A DNA stretch of 64,000 nucleotides from contig NW_021833422.1 of NCBI RefSeq assembly GCF_006345805.1, positions 11,413-75,412 of the forward strand, in the 5' to 3' direction. Made by a program: the position numbers and the translations under genes. The stretch's first letter is position 1, and every line of letters begins with the position of its first letter. Below are positions 39,284 to 52,509 of this stretch, one piece after another. The notes beneath the pieces are model-generated. The model saw only the letters and a list, made by a program, of their open reading frames with translations. It did no database searches and was not told where the DNA came from. Source of the DNA: Octopus sinensis. Lineage: Eukaryota.

Positions 39284-40423
39284 GAGAAGGGAGAGGGAAG
39301 GAGAAAATAAGTAAAAATTGATAATGAATTGAAAAAGATATTAAAAATTACACAAAACTATATAAAACAAGAAAACGGAAACGGAATTAAAGAGAATGAC
39401 GGGAAAAAATACAAGAAATGAAGAAATAAATAGGAAATTAAGATATAAAAACAAAAGGAAATAGGAAAAAAATAATAATAAAATAGCATGAGTATTGAAT
39501 AAAACAAGTAAATTTGAAACATGAAGTAAAAACAACCCAAATAAATTTTAAGGAATACTACAATACATAGAAAACGTTGAAAACAATATGGCTGCCAAGG
39601 AAGAAATTTGTCGGTGACTTTTATATCTTATAAATGTCAACGACGCCATTTTAGCTGACACTTTCTATCAGCAATTTTATTGTTTCTCCTTCAATTCTTG
39701 TCTTTTATGTCAATGTTTTTAGCGTTTGTTTTATAGTATTTTTATATTGATTTCATGATGATTTTATGTTTGTTTGTTTGTGGAGAGTTTTGTTTTATTG
39801 TTATCATTATTATTATTATTATTATTATTATTGTTGTTGTTTTTGTTCAGTTATGGCGAGCAGTGGTGGGTTTTGATGTGTGATTGGGATTGTACAATTG
39901 TCAATAGGGTTTGTATATTTATATATCCTGTTCGTTGTCTTCGTTATTTCTCTATGTATCTATATATTTTACGAATTTCTTCCTTTTTGAAAAAAAAAAT
40001 AGCCCAGTTATAAAATTTCACTCAGAGTGAAAGAAATATTAACATAATAATAACAACAATAAAAGTAATAATAATAATAAAAGTAATAAAAATAAATAAA
40101 CAACAACAACATCAATAATAATAATAATACTACTACACATCATATGTCTGTAATAGGAAATTTTATAGGTAAATGTAAATATTTTGCCTATCAATCTCTC
40201 TCTCTACGTATATCTGTGCGCATGAGCCTGTCTGTTTGTCTGCCTGCTTGTTTGTCAGTCTGTCTATGTATGTATTATTTATGTATGTGTTTGTATCTAT
40301 ACAAACACACACACAGACACACATGTATATAAACATACATACATGTAAGCACCCTTCACTGTCGCTCAGTATTTATTTATATGTATGTATATATATATAT
40401 ATATGTACATGCATACATACACA

Positions 40424-40482
<59 letters not shown>

Positions 40483-40484
40483 TT

Positions 40485-40660
40485 CTATTTGTTTCAGTTA
40501 TTTGACTGCAGCCATGCTAGAGCACCGACTTTAGTCGAGCAAATCGCCTAGTACTTATTCTATCGGTCTCTTTTGCCGAACCGCTAAGTTACGGGGACGT
40601 AAACACACCAGCATCGGTTGTCAAGCAATGTTTGGGGACCAACACGCACACACAAACACA
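40485..40660 (-). mobile_element. SINE family A, 3' half
   Basis: rc of the A tail. Confidence 0.8.
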
Positions 40661-41773
40661 CAAACATATACATCTATCTATCTATATATCTATCTATATA
40701 TCTATATCTACCTATCCTTGTGTCACCATTTTCCCTTCGTACTCCCTCTACCTCGTAAATTTAAAGATTTGTTTAACAGTTCCCGCTACACATCTCTATA
40801 ATTTCCTTTCTTACTGTCCTTTTAACTCCATTCCTTCTTACAATTTCAACATTTCTATTGCCGTTGTTCAAATTTAACGACTTTCGTCTTTCTCTCAATA
40901 TATTTTCCCTTTCACGTTACGACTAAATAAAGTACAAACACCTATCAAACAGTCGCATTACCCAGTTGTAAATTTATGTTCTCTCTCTCTCCCCCCCCCA
41001 CACACACATAAACATATAGGCAACCAACCATACACACAAACAAATAACCTATTTCTCTATTTTTAGTTTTTCTGACAACCTGGTATTCCTACTATCATAT
41101 GACAGATTCGCTGGTGTTAACATAGCTTTAACTTTTGGCGCAGTTATTGTCCAGGTGACGTAATATGCGGTCATAACATCCATTTGATATCCATGCTAGC
41201 TCATGAAATATTCACGGGACAAATATAGCCTCAACTTTTGGTGATATTATAATTCATACAATCACATGACACTCTGACCTCGTGGCCAATTTCAGCCAAC
41301 CAAAACTCTCCAATTGGTCGAGACAAATATAGCATAGTTTCAGGTCTTTCTATCAAAAATACGTATTGTTAAAATCATGAAATTGTGAAACCGGTCATGT
41401 TATTGTAAATAAATATTTTTAATGACCCCTAATGCATTTTCGATTTTTGTTTCCTTTACAGACTCATACGCACTCACACATGCACACATATTTAGGATGT
41501 ACATGTATGTATACATGTTTGTATGTGTAATATATAAATATATAGTTTATGCTGTCCATGTTCAGAGAGAGGGATTGGATTTGTGCAAATCTTTTCCCCA
41601 TTATAAAAGAACCTTCATGCACAGGGTTCACTTGAAAAGAAAAGTAAAACCTATCACAAAAATGGCTGGCCGTAGCGTTTGCATATGTGGGACTTTTGAT
41701 CAGGCGATGGCAATACTTGAACACGGGTTGGCAGCCATCAATTATGTTACGGATGGATGGATGGGTGAATGGA

Positions 41774-42304
41774 TACGAGGTTCTATAAGAAGAAAACTAC
41801 AACGCGTATCAATTTGATATTAAATCTCTTTCGAAGCAGTCCCCCTTCTATCCAACATTGTTTCCATTCATAGAAGCATCCCCGGAAACCCCTTTTTTTA
41901 GTGGGGGTGGGGATAGCGAATAGCTGCCTCGTCGCGTCCTCTTGGATTTCCTCGACGACTTGGAAATCTTGTTAGGGATCTTCCACTACGAAGACTGATC
42001 CTTGGTTTCGGGATCATAGCCATAGGCCGATGGTTCGTCACCTGTTATGACCATTTCCAAGAAGTCTTCCTTTCCCTCGACACAACCCAGAAGATCCTAC
42101 ACAGCTGAAACCCGATCTTTTTCAAACGGCTACACTGTCCATAATTTAGTTCGAAGCACTGCTGTAAACAAAATGAATGAGAACTTTATACCTTAATGTG
42201 CGTACGTGTCAGCGTTCAAGGCCAATCTGTGCCAGGCAACTACACTGTGTATTTAACTCCGTTACCCTAGCAACGGTCGCTATGCTTTTTGATCAGATCT
42301 CGTG
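41774..42304 (-). mobile_element. Internally deleted mariner element
   Basis: Minus-strand translation EDFLEMVITGDEPSAYGYDPETKDQSS*W and C-terminal FQVVEEIQE..FYEWKQCW..GDCFERD; TACGAGG-like ends. Confidence 0.8.
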
Positions 42305-42306
42305 TA

Positions 42307-42362
<56 letters not shown>

Positions 42363-42372
42363 CATACATACA

Positions 42373-42673
42373 GGACGTCACCAAGTATAAACAATATGAG
42401 GTACGAAAACAAACGAGTTAAATACGCAAACAGCAAGAGAAAAAATGGAAAACAGGACAAGTAACACAAAGAACGACCCTTCATCAGTTGTTGGATCTCT
42501 ATCTAGTCTTCATTGTCATTGACTGCTCGAAATGAGGAGTAGATAGACAGCCGACAACTGATGAAGGGTCATTCTTTGTGTTACTTTTCCTGTTTTCCAT
42601 TTGCTTCTGTCGTTGTTTGCGTATTTAACTCGTTTGTTTTCATACTTCATGTTGTTTACACTTGGTGGCGTCC
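42373..42673. repeat. Fold-back of a ~140-bp repeat with CTGATGAAGGG in each arm
   Basis: 42373-42513 mirrors 42531-42673, flanked by (TA)n on both sides. Confidence 0.88.
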
Positions 42674-42677
42674 GAAC

Positions 42678-42759
<82 letters not shown>

Positions 42760-42839
42760 TATTTATATTATTATTTTATTGAACGCCACGCATCCATTCC
42801 CAAGTTGGGGTTCAAGGCAAAGGAGTAAGGCGGTTGAAA

Positions 42840-43008
42840 ATATACCACCCGCACTGACCTGTAATCTTCATAATTGCAACATCTGTGATCTTCTTTGCAA
42901 ATCGTTGGCGGGACTTAAATGCCCGATTCGACATAAACATTATGACTGACAAAGAAAGATTAGGTTGTCGGATCCCCATACGTCGAAACCGACAGAAGCG
43001 TCCATCAT
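42840..43008 (+). mobile_element. 3' end of a probable RTE-type LINE
   Basis: CNICDLLCKSLAGLK..RHKH then hairpin gtcgaaaccgac. Confidence 0.55.
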
Positions 43009-43219
43009 ATACAGGAATGATACAGCTATTTATAGTAATACCAACACCTAAAAGAAACTATTCTTTCGGTTTCCTGATTTCTTCAGCTTAACTTCGAATG
43101 GCAGTAAATAATGGTCTGTAGAAACTGCATCGACAGTAAGACCTAAATGCGCGCCTAACAGCGTTCAGTTGATGCAGGTGAAATGTGCGTAGGTGCACGA
43201 AAGAATGCTGTAAATAACT

Positions 43220-43511
43220 GCTTAATAAAATTATGTTTGTTCCTTCTCGAGCCACGCCTGGCTCATGAGGGCCGGTTTCCCGGTTTCCTTGGCGTACAGG
43301 TTCCCAACATGAACAGGACGCCGGACCGTCGCAGGTGGGCTGCAAGATGCAGGAGGAAAGAGTGAGCAGAAGTTCGCCATTACCTTCTGCCGCAGCCGCG
43401 TAGAGCTTAGGTGTTTCGCTCATAAACACACACATCGCACGGTCTGAGATTCGAACCTGCCATCCCTCGATCGCGAGTCCGCTGCTCTAACCACTTGGCC
43501 ACGTGCCTCCA
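43220..43511 (-). mobile_element. SINE family C
   Basis: Matches 8175-8470. Confidence 0.88.
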
Positions 43512-43560
43512 CTAATAAAATTATAGATGTGGAAAATCTCCGTTCTCCTGACCATTACTA

Positions 43561-43770
43561 TACAATAAATCCTCGACTATTGCGGGTGTTACGTTCCAAA
43601 ATCCCTCGCGATAGGTCAAAATCCGCGAAGTAGAAACAGTACTGTACTCTGTTATCATTATTATTTCTATAATTTGTATATATTTATTTTATTATAAATG
43701 CAAAACACGACCACGGAGGAATCGACGTAAGCTTAAATAATAGACCGCGATAGATGACCTGCGATATGAC
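43561..43770. mobile_element. Tigger/pogo-like MITE remnant
   Basis: TA|CAaTAAATCCTCGACTATTGCGGG terminus; right end uncertain. Confidence 0.5.
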
Positions 43771-43780
43771 ATGGGATTAT

Positions 43781-43857
<77 letters not shown>

Positions 43858-43869
43858 TATATATAACGG

Positions 43870-44080
43870 GAAGCTTTACGAAAATAAACAAAAGACGCAG
43901 GCAGGTGGAATACAAACAAACAATTGTATTAGTATGGCGCTCAAGAATAGAAATAAAACAAGTCTTTTACGTTTCGAGCCTACGCTCTTCAACAGAAAGA
44001 TACACAGAAAAGAAACACGGAGAGAAACAAGGAGAGAAAAAAATGCGTGCAGGAGCTAACGATTCAAAATGGCGGTCTAT
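43870..44080 (-). mobile_element. Short repeat carrying a minimal hammerhead motif (43963-44000)
   Basis: rc tcttt-CTGTTGA-a-gagc-gtag-gctc-GAAAC-GTA-aaaga. Confidence 0.7.
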
Positions 44081-44399
44081 ATAATAGTTTGAGAATGAGA
44101 GAATAAAATGTATTTCCGTATTTAGTAGTTTTATTAGTACTTCGTTTCTTCAAAGGCAGGGAAAATTTTGTCAGCTTTGAATTATACTTATTAGGATATA
44201 TATTGAAATAACTATAGTTAGTTATAATTTGTTGTTTTTGAGAGGTTGAAACGAAACCGGATGGCCGGAGCGACTAATATGCATGTGGAATTGATGACTG
44301 CTAATGTTGTTTTGTGACTGTGTGACGGTAGGGTGGTGTCAGGGCAGTGTTCATTGCAAGAGCAAACCGCTGGGTGAGGTCTATTAATGTGATCAAAAG

Positions 44400-44870
44400 C
44401 CGGTTCATCAGCCTTCAACCACATGCCCACCCTGCGGCCAGAGCTCGGTTTGCAGAGTTTCTCCAGCTTTCTTTATGTTGCATGCAATCAGCCAGATGCC
44501 AGATTCTAATTCCCATTAAATTCTTAGACGTCTTCAGTCAACAAAACATCTTTGACCGCCTCTATGCTCTCACTCACCTCCACACTTCTAGTCAAAATGG
44601 TTTCAGGCAATGACTCGTGACGCATCGCATGTCCAACATTTGGTAGTTTTCTGGGCTTCATTCTTGACAATAATTATTTTTGCTCTTTCATCTCTTGCAG
44701 TATTGCAGTTTTTGTTACTCTGTCATCCTGACCTCTCCTGCCCAACCTACGAATAATCCACATCGCAAAGGCTTCGATGTTCTTTTACATAACTCTGCAG
44801 ATTGTTCAAGATTCAGCGCCGTACAAAATGATTGACATTATATAACAATTGACTAGCCCTAGTTTTAGGT
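44400..44870 (-). mobile_element. RTE/BovB-like LINE 3' fragment
   Basis: Translation SIILYGAES*TI..IEAFAMWIIRRLGR..DRVTKTAIL. Confidence 0.7.
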
Positions 44871-44914
44871 GCGGGGTTATGTCATGTGAGATGAAAATCG
44901 TTTTCGTTCATATA

Positions 44915-45101
44915 GACACAGGCGTGGATGCGGGGTAAGAAGCTTGCTTCGCAATTGCATGGTTCCATGTTTAGACCCACTGCGTGACACATTTACCAAA
45001 TATCTAACAAAATAGCCTCGAACCGACCAATGCCTTGGGAGTGGATTTGGTAGACGGAAACTGAAAGAAGCCTGATATATATATATATCGGGCTTCTTCC
45101 A

Positions 45102-45132
<31 letters not shown>

Positions 45133-45332
45133 CTGGAAGAAGCCCGATATATATATATATATATATCGAGCTTCTTCCAGTGTGTGTGTGGTAAGAAACT
45201 TGCTTCCCAACCACATGGTTCTGGGTTGAGTACCACTTCATGGCACCTTGGTTAAGTGTCTTCTGCTATAGCCCCGAGCCGACCAAAGGCTTGTGAGTGG
45301 ATTTGGTAGACGGAAACTAAAAGAAGCCCATG
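44915..45332 (+). mobile_element. Two tandem SINE A 5' halves joined by alternating inverted units
   Basis: A consensus twice; inverted units at 45061-45181. Confidence 0.8.
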
Positions 45333-46086
45333 TATAATATATATATATATATATATATTATACATCTGTGTGTGTGTGTGTGTGTGTAATGAAGGCGTGT
45401 GACCCAGTGGTTAGAATATTTGGCTCTTGATCGAGAGTTCAAGTTCGATTCCTGGCGACACGTTAAGTCCTTGAGCTAGACGTTATATTTCACGTAGCTT
45501 CGGTCCAGTCAGCTGGCAAAAATTCAATTGAGCCAACTTTGTCACTTTTCTGTGCCTTGCTGGAAACTCCCCTGGGAAGTACGTTAGGGGTACACGCATC
45601 TCGGGACTGCTCAGTTACTTGCACGTTAATTTCACGAGCAGGCTGTTCCATTGATCGGATCAGCTGAAACTCTCGTCGTCGCAACCGACGGAGTACCAGT
45701 TGTGTGTGCGTGTAGGTGCGCGTAGACATATATGTCAACTTTTATAACCTCAAAACCTATGAAATATTTGTATGGAGTTAAAGAAAGTGAAGAAACTGTA
45801 TTACGTTAAACCCAATAATTCATTTCAATGGTTTCAGGCTTGTTATTTAGTTGTAAAAACAGACATTTCTATACACACACACAATCACACACGCACACAC
45901 ACACACATACACATCTATATATTGACACACCTATGTGTGTGTGTATTTATGTGTCTTTGTAGGCAAACGCCCATGTTTATATGCATGATTAACTGTCTAT
46001 TTGCACGAAAATAAATCATACATACCTCTAGACATACATACACACACACGTATAAGTATGTGTGTGTGTGTGTATATATATATATA

Positions 46087-46128
<42 letters not shown>

Positions 46129-46429
46129 CACATAATATAAATAGACATACGGTTATAGAAATAAGTGTTTTCAAATGAATACAAACAGCATTGTTCAAAA
46201 TATTGCCCCATTTCATGTGCTACGTTTAATATTTGTTATTTTATCGAGAGTGACTTCGAAGTTTTCCTGGTGGTAGCATTTTTAAAACAATTTAAAGAAA
46301 CCCCCTTTGGCAAAACTTCGATATCAGTATTATATAATATAGTTATCTTAAGTAGTGATCTATTTCGACTGAATTCCGAGCGTTGCTCTCTGTGTGGTGT
46401 CCTTTGTAAACGTTTTACTCTACTCTACT

Positions 46430-46465
46430 GTCTATCTATCCGTCCATTTCTCTCTGCCTGCTTGC

Positions 46466-46522
<57 letters not shown>

Positions 46523-46594
46523 CGTCCATTTCTCTCTGTCTATCTATCTATCTGTCCATTTCTCTCTCTCTATCTATCTATCTGTCCATTTCTC

Positions 46595-46685
<91 letters not shown>

Positions 46686-46720
46686 CTGTCTGCCTATCTA
46701 TCTATCCGTCCATTTCTCTC
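46430..46720. repeat. (CTAT)n microsatellite
   Basis: Direct inspection. Confidence 0.95.
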
Positions 46721-46888
46721 TGCATATCTGTCTGACTACCTGCTATTCTCTGTATGTGTGTCTATCTGTTTGTGCTTGTCTGTCTGTCTGCTAACCTATA
46801 ACAAACTGACGAATACACAAACGCACACACATATTCATTTATGTATGTATGTATGTATACGATGTGAAATATTATATGTATCTAAGTA

Positions 46889-46947
<59 letters not shown>

Positions 46948-47139
46948 TTAAGATTCCTGCTTTCTGTTCATTTACTTCCTATGGACATCATTCGAAGCCA
47001 GGTCAAATTTCTAATTAGCTGTTAAGCACTCCCAATGAATAAATTACATGATTTGCCGAACGAAAATGTAATTTGCGTGGGTTAGGATTGAGAGTCTAGA
47101 TTTCACAACTATCGCTCTTCGCTATTCTTTTCTTTTCTT

Positions 47140-47329
47140 TCACTTGTTTCAGTCATTTTTCTGCGGCCATGCTGGTGCACCGCCTTTTAGTCGAATAAAT
47201 CGGCCCCCAGGACTTATTCTTAGTAAGACTAGTACTTATTCTATCGGTCTCTTTTGCTGAGTTTCGTGAGTTACGGGGACGTAAACATATCAGCATCGGT
47301 TGTCAAGCGATGGTAGGGGACAAATACAG

Positions 47330-47362
<33 letters not shown>

Positions 47363-47441
47363 AAACAATACTGGGAGGATACGAAACGGAACGAAGCGAC
47401 GAATCGAAACGAACCCGACGCGAAAGCGCTGTCAGACAATA

Positions 47442-47474
<33 letters not shown>

Positions 47475-47635
47475 CGGCGGGCTTCTTTCAATTTCCGTCT
47501 ACCAACACTCACAAGGCTTTGGTCGGCCCGCGGCTATAGAACAAGACACTTGTCCAAGGTGCCACGCAGTGGGACTGAACCAGGAACCATGTGGTTGGTA
47601 AGCACTCTACTAACCACACAGCCACTGCCGCGCCT
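47140..47635 (-). mobile_element. SINE family A, full length, with an ~80-bp insert in its microsatellite
   Basis: rc of the A consensus; insert at 47362-47442. Confidence 0.88.
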
Positions 47636-47879
47636 TTAGATAAAGGTTTTTATCTTTATAACTTTACTGCGTTGTCTGGTCACTACATCGACAAGAGAAT
47701 ATTTTCGGTTGTACTTAAACTGCATCATCGGGAACCCTTTGGACGTTTCGGTCATTTTATATTAATACCATGTGCTTGACTGCTATTCATATGTGTTCAG
47801 TTATCACGTGCACGCGCACAAATATGCCTGTTTCTCGATAACTACTTCATACAATGACACATCACTTTTAACTTGTAGC

Positions 47880-49260
47880 AGGAGGATAGCTTCAGGAACT
47901 TAAACAAAATCCCATCGCACGAAAATGAACTCCTTCCATAGCAACTGAAGTCAGTAATGGCCAGTGAGGTGATTTACAGGGGACAAAAACTAGACAAACT
48001 TCCACATTCTTCAGCAACATTTTAGCTGTCTGTACACCCAATTGTGCTCCCATTGTCTTCAAAACAATCTTAGAGGAGTTCAAAATCCATGATATCCAGG
48101 CCTGAATATCTCTAGATAAGAATCACTGTATGCTTCTATAGAATAACTTTAACGGTTTCATGTCTAAATAATTAAGGTTGTATATCTTAATTATCCCTAA
48201 AATGTACCGAGGTACGGTTAATGGGGATGAGACAAAACAGAGGAAGAAACAAGCAAACGAGTTCCAGATTAAGGAAGACCAACTGCAGAAACAAAAGAGA
48301 AAACATAATGGAACCTCGCCACAAGGCTAAGAAATCATTTAATTCTTATTGGACGTGATTAAAGAGTGGAGGATATACGTAAGGAAATTCTATGAAACTT
48401 TGAATTTTTGGGGGTTGGTGAAAATTTTGCTTGAACTAAGCAAGTTTGTGGGTATACTTTAAACATATATGAGGAAAACCTTGGGTACTCAGATCCCCTC
48501 CATGGTGTCTTTCTATATACTCGATCGTTGATGAGCTGCTCCTACCTGATCTTATAATCTAATTCGATCTTTCGGATGTCGTAAAGGTGAGATCCTAAAA
48601 TTCTTTGACAAGAAAATAATGGTATCTCCTATTTACAAACACAGTCCGGGTGTCGTTAGATATTAGGGAATCTATTGCAATGAATGTTTTAAGAACGAAC
48701 TGCAAAACAGAATAGTAACTTGGTAGAAATTTTGCCGGTGCCTAGGGGAGAAGGTGAGGTTACAAAGATATCTAGGCAGAAAATCAAAGGTATCTCAGAT
48801 TTGGTACACGGAACAAACTGGTGGCCTTACAGTAGAGCTAGGAAGCGAATGGTCTTGAGCTTCAGAAAGAAGGCTAAAGAAAGTAAGCTATTTTGGAACA
48901 TGGTATCAGAAATGGAACCAAGCATGTTGCAATTCCTTCTGAGAGAAGAGAGAAGTACACTGTGCTTCTATTTTCCGGCTAATATTAACTGCTGGAGTTT
49001 TGAGCTTCGCCGCTGAATGCCATGGATTCTGAGGTTATGTGAGTCGTTGGAGCATGTTCTGAAAGAATGTAACGCCATTCCTTGCAAAGCATGCATGATG
49101 TCATAATTAGATGCTGTGTAGCTTTGCACCTGTCATAAAACATCAGATCGATAGCAATACAATGAGAATAAGCAAAAAGTTGCATGTTGTTGTCTTCTTC
49201 AAGGCGAGTGCGAAAGAATGGAAAACTATCAGCCAGATAGCCATATGTTACTAATGACCG
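47880..49260 (-). pseudogene. Heavily decayed Penelope-like reverse transcriptase ORF
   Basis: Ordered motif remnants LSEAQ..GHQFVP, EQLINDRVYRK, PPKIQ, MGAQLGVQTAKMLL resemble PLE motifs KGLxFxP, LxDxxxY, LPKIHK, MGSPLSPxxAN. Confidence 0.5.
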
Positions 49261-49273
49261 GATGGAGAGATCC

Positions 49274-49385
49274 TAAAGCTAAATATTATTTACCACATAA
49301 AATTTTGTTTCTATACACTTTCAGAAAAGTAGAAGAAAACTTACGGTTTCAAAAAGGGATCACCTCAGTAAATTTATTTAAAGAT
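49274..49385. repeat. 112-bp exact duplicate of 54764-54875
   Basis: Identical by eye. Confidence 0.92.
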
Positions 49386-49981
49386 AGCAGAAAATAAGGG
49401 TCGCATATGCAACTGCACATTTTCTATGCGGAAGAAACACGTGTCGGTCATATTCACCAAACTATGCAGTATAATTAACAGGGAAAGTTAAAAACAAAAA
49501 TTCGAAGATGTATGGTTCTCGGTATTCTTTGTAATTGCTTGAGATTTACACTCCTAAAAATATTCCTACTCCAGTCAAGTGAACCCAGGGTTTACTTATC
49601 AGATGAATTACTTTGGGATTGCTTAACCTAAGCAATCCAAGGTGCTCCCTACTGTTTTATGTGGTTAGTCTGAACTTGGAAACGCGCATGGATAACTTAT
49701 CCCTATATACCGGTCTACACACATATATATATATATATATGCATCTGTGTGTAACTATATTTATATGTATATTTATACACAGACGTACACATAAAATCTA
49801 TATCTTCCCCCCTTTCTCTTTCTATCCAAACACAAACATATGTATATATATATATATATATAATATATATATATATATACACATGAATATAAATGTATAT
49901 AAATATATATTTATACATATACAAACATATATACACATACATACATACATACAATCATATATAAATCTCTCTCTCTGTCTG

Positions 49982-50026
<45 letters not shown>

Positions 50027-50190
50027 CTCACAATACGCATAACACATTCACACACACACATATATATATATACATATATATGCATATATATAGATATATA
50101 TACATATGTATATGTATATACATATACATGCATATACACATACGATCGTTTACATATGTGTGTGTATATGAAAGAACATTCAACACCCAC

Positions 50191-50242
<52 letters not shown>

Positions 50243-51882
50243 CATGTCTGGGTGGATAGTTAGTATGATTTATACATTCTATTTCACTATTTATGTCTGT
50301 CAAATTTTATTGCTCTACGGCAATGTTAAAAAGTGTCAGTATTTCTTAGTGTCTATAAAATGTAATTCCGTCCTCCGTCGGCTTCGATCAAGTGAACTAC
50401 TTTTTCATTGTAGTAACGTATAGCTGGCTGAGTACTCCAGAGACGCATGTATATTAGAATGTGATATAATATGTAACCAGACCGATGTTTTCACATGGAC
50501 ATGAGATGCAGGAGTTTGTGAGAGAAATTAGTTGGATAGCAGAGGTTGGTTCGTGTTGAATAGCCGAGAAGCTTGCAGCTACGCCGGACAAGGTACTGAG
50601 TTAGTTATCCCAATTTTGTTGCGTTCAGCCAGCCAGAGATGTACAATTTTTAAGTGGTCGAAACTTCAATGAAGTCTGGTTTACTGCAGATGATTCTCCA
50701 GTATTGATAGCAACATACATCAGTGTTGCTATTTTATACTATATATACTATATATTATTTCTTTTCTACTCTAGGCACAAGGCCCGATTTTCTTTTTGTG
50801 GGGCGCAGTCAATTAGATCGACCCCAGTGCGCAACTGGTACTTAATTTATCGACCCCTCCCTCTTTCGCCACCCCCCTTTTCTCTATCATTTCCTGTAGT
50901 CCATGTTGCATCTCCACCTTTGGTTCTTTTATTCCACTTAACTTCCGTTTTACTCTAGACCTGCCATGTAAGCAGACCTCGTAAAATTGGTATCAGTTCT
51001 TTGTATTTTTCTATTGATCTCTTATCCTTTTCTTCTGCCGAGAAAACAACTGTAGCCTGTGATTTTTCAACGAAAACCATACGTTAAGTATGTGATACGA
51101 TATGTAAAAATGTTGATCTAGCGCTGTTTCTCTTGCATAATTCTAATAATTCTTACACTAATTCGAACCACAACACCACCTAATTTTTAGATATTCATAC
51201 AGGAATACGAACGACCCTGAGTTTACGCATAAAACACAAACAAAATCCCTGCATGCAGAGAGAAAGTGAGTGTCCCATTAGACACAAAATATCCGTAACC
51301 AAATCTCTTCATAAATGGACATCGAAATTTTTTTTCAGTAAAGAAACTTTACCTTTAAAATAAACATTAGTTAATGACCTGTATCGTTATAAAGAAGTAG
51401 ATCTGGTAATAGAATAATACAGAGCTGCAACGAGCGTAGCCCAATATAAACATATAAACCATGCATAAAGTATGCTATACGACCGCGCATCCTGTTTGTA
51501 GAAAAGATATATTAAGAAACATATAAAAAGAATACGACATGTACCACACCTAACCGCAAACAAATATTTATAACGTATAACTAAAGCCTGAAATGAAGAA
51601 AATCCTTCCTCAACAGCGCGAAACCACAAATTACAAGCGAATATCCGACACCAGATAATGTAATTGTATTAAATTTTAAGGTAAACATATTTGCAAGCCC
51701 CATGACTAAATCTGTAAGAAAGGGCTCACAAATAGGACATTTTCTCGTCTCTTGATCAAGAAGGGGCTGAGCAAGGGCAAAACATTGAACTAAATAAAGG
51801 ACTTACATTGGAAATATTAAAAAAAAACCTTTCATAAAACAAATTACATTTCATTCTCTATATATAAGATGTGTGTTGTGTG

Positions 51883-52336
51883 GGTACTACTAGCGAACAG
51901 TGATCCCGGTGCGCGCACTCGCGCTAGCTAGACGTAAGTAGTCGATCCTACAACGACTTGCGCGTATGCAAATGATACATGTTTGTATTTCAAGGCTGAA
52001 TACATATCAAAGAAAATGTTTTTTTTTTAAACAATGTATATAATTTTTTTACACAAATTAAATAATATTTTTCGAACAAAGTAAATAAAACACAAAATAA
52101 ATAAATTATTTTTTATAAACAAACTAAGGTTAGGGTTAGGTTTAAAAATTTTTTTTTTAATTATTTACTTTACGTTTTATTTACTTTGTTCGAAAAATAC
52201 AAAGAAGCCATTTTCTTTGATATGTATTCAGCCTTGAATACAAACATGTATCGCGCATGCGCGAATCTATTCATTTGCATACTTATGACTAGCTAGCACG
52301 AGTGCGCGCTCCGGACCACTGTTCGCTAGTAGTACC
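51883..52336. mobile_element. Fold-back MULE-like MITE with 9-bp TSD and central TTAGGG
   Basis: TIR ggtactactagcgaacagtg; TSD tgttgtgtg at 51874-51882 and 52337-52345. Confidence 0.88.
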
Positions 52337-52472
52337 TGTTGTGTGTGTGTTTGTTATGTGTGTGTGCTTATGATATAAGTACACAACGTCATGAGCTATC
52401 CCCTATTTACCGTATTTGTTCATATACGAGAAACATCGATCGTAGAACAAACATCAAATTCGAGTCAACGTC

Positions 52473-52504
<32 letters not shown>

Positions 52505-52509
<5 letters not shown>

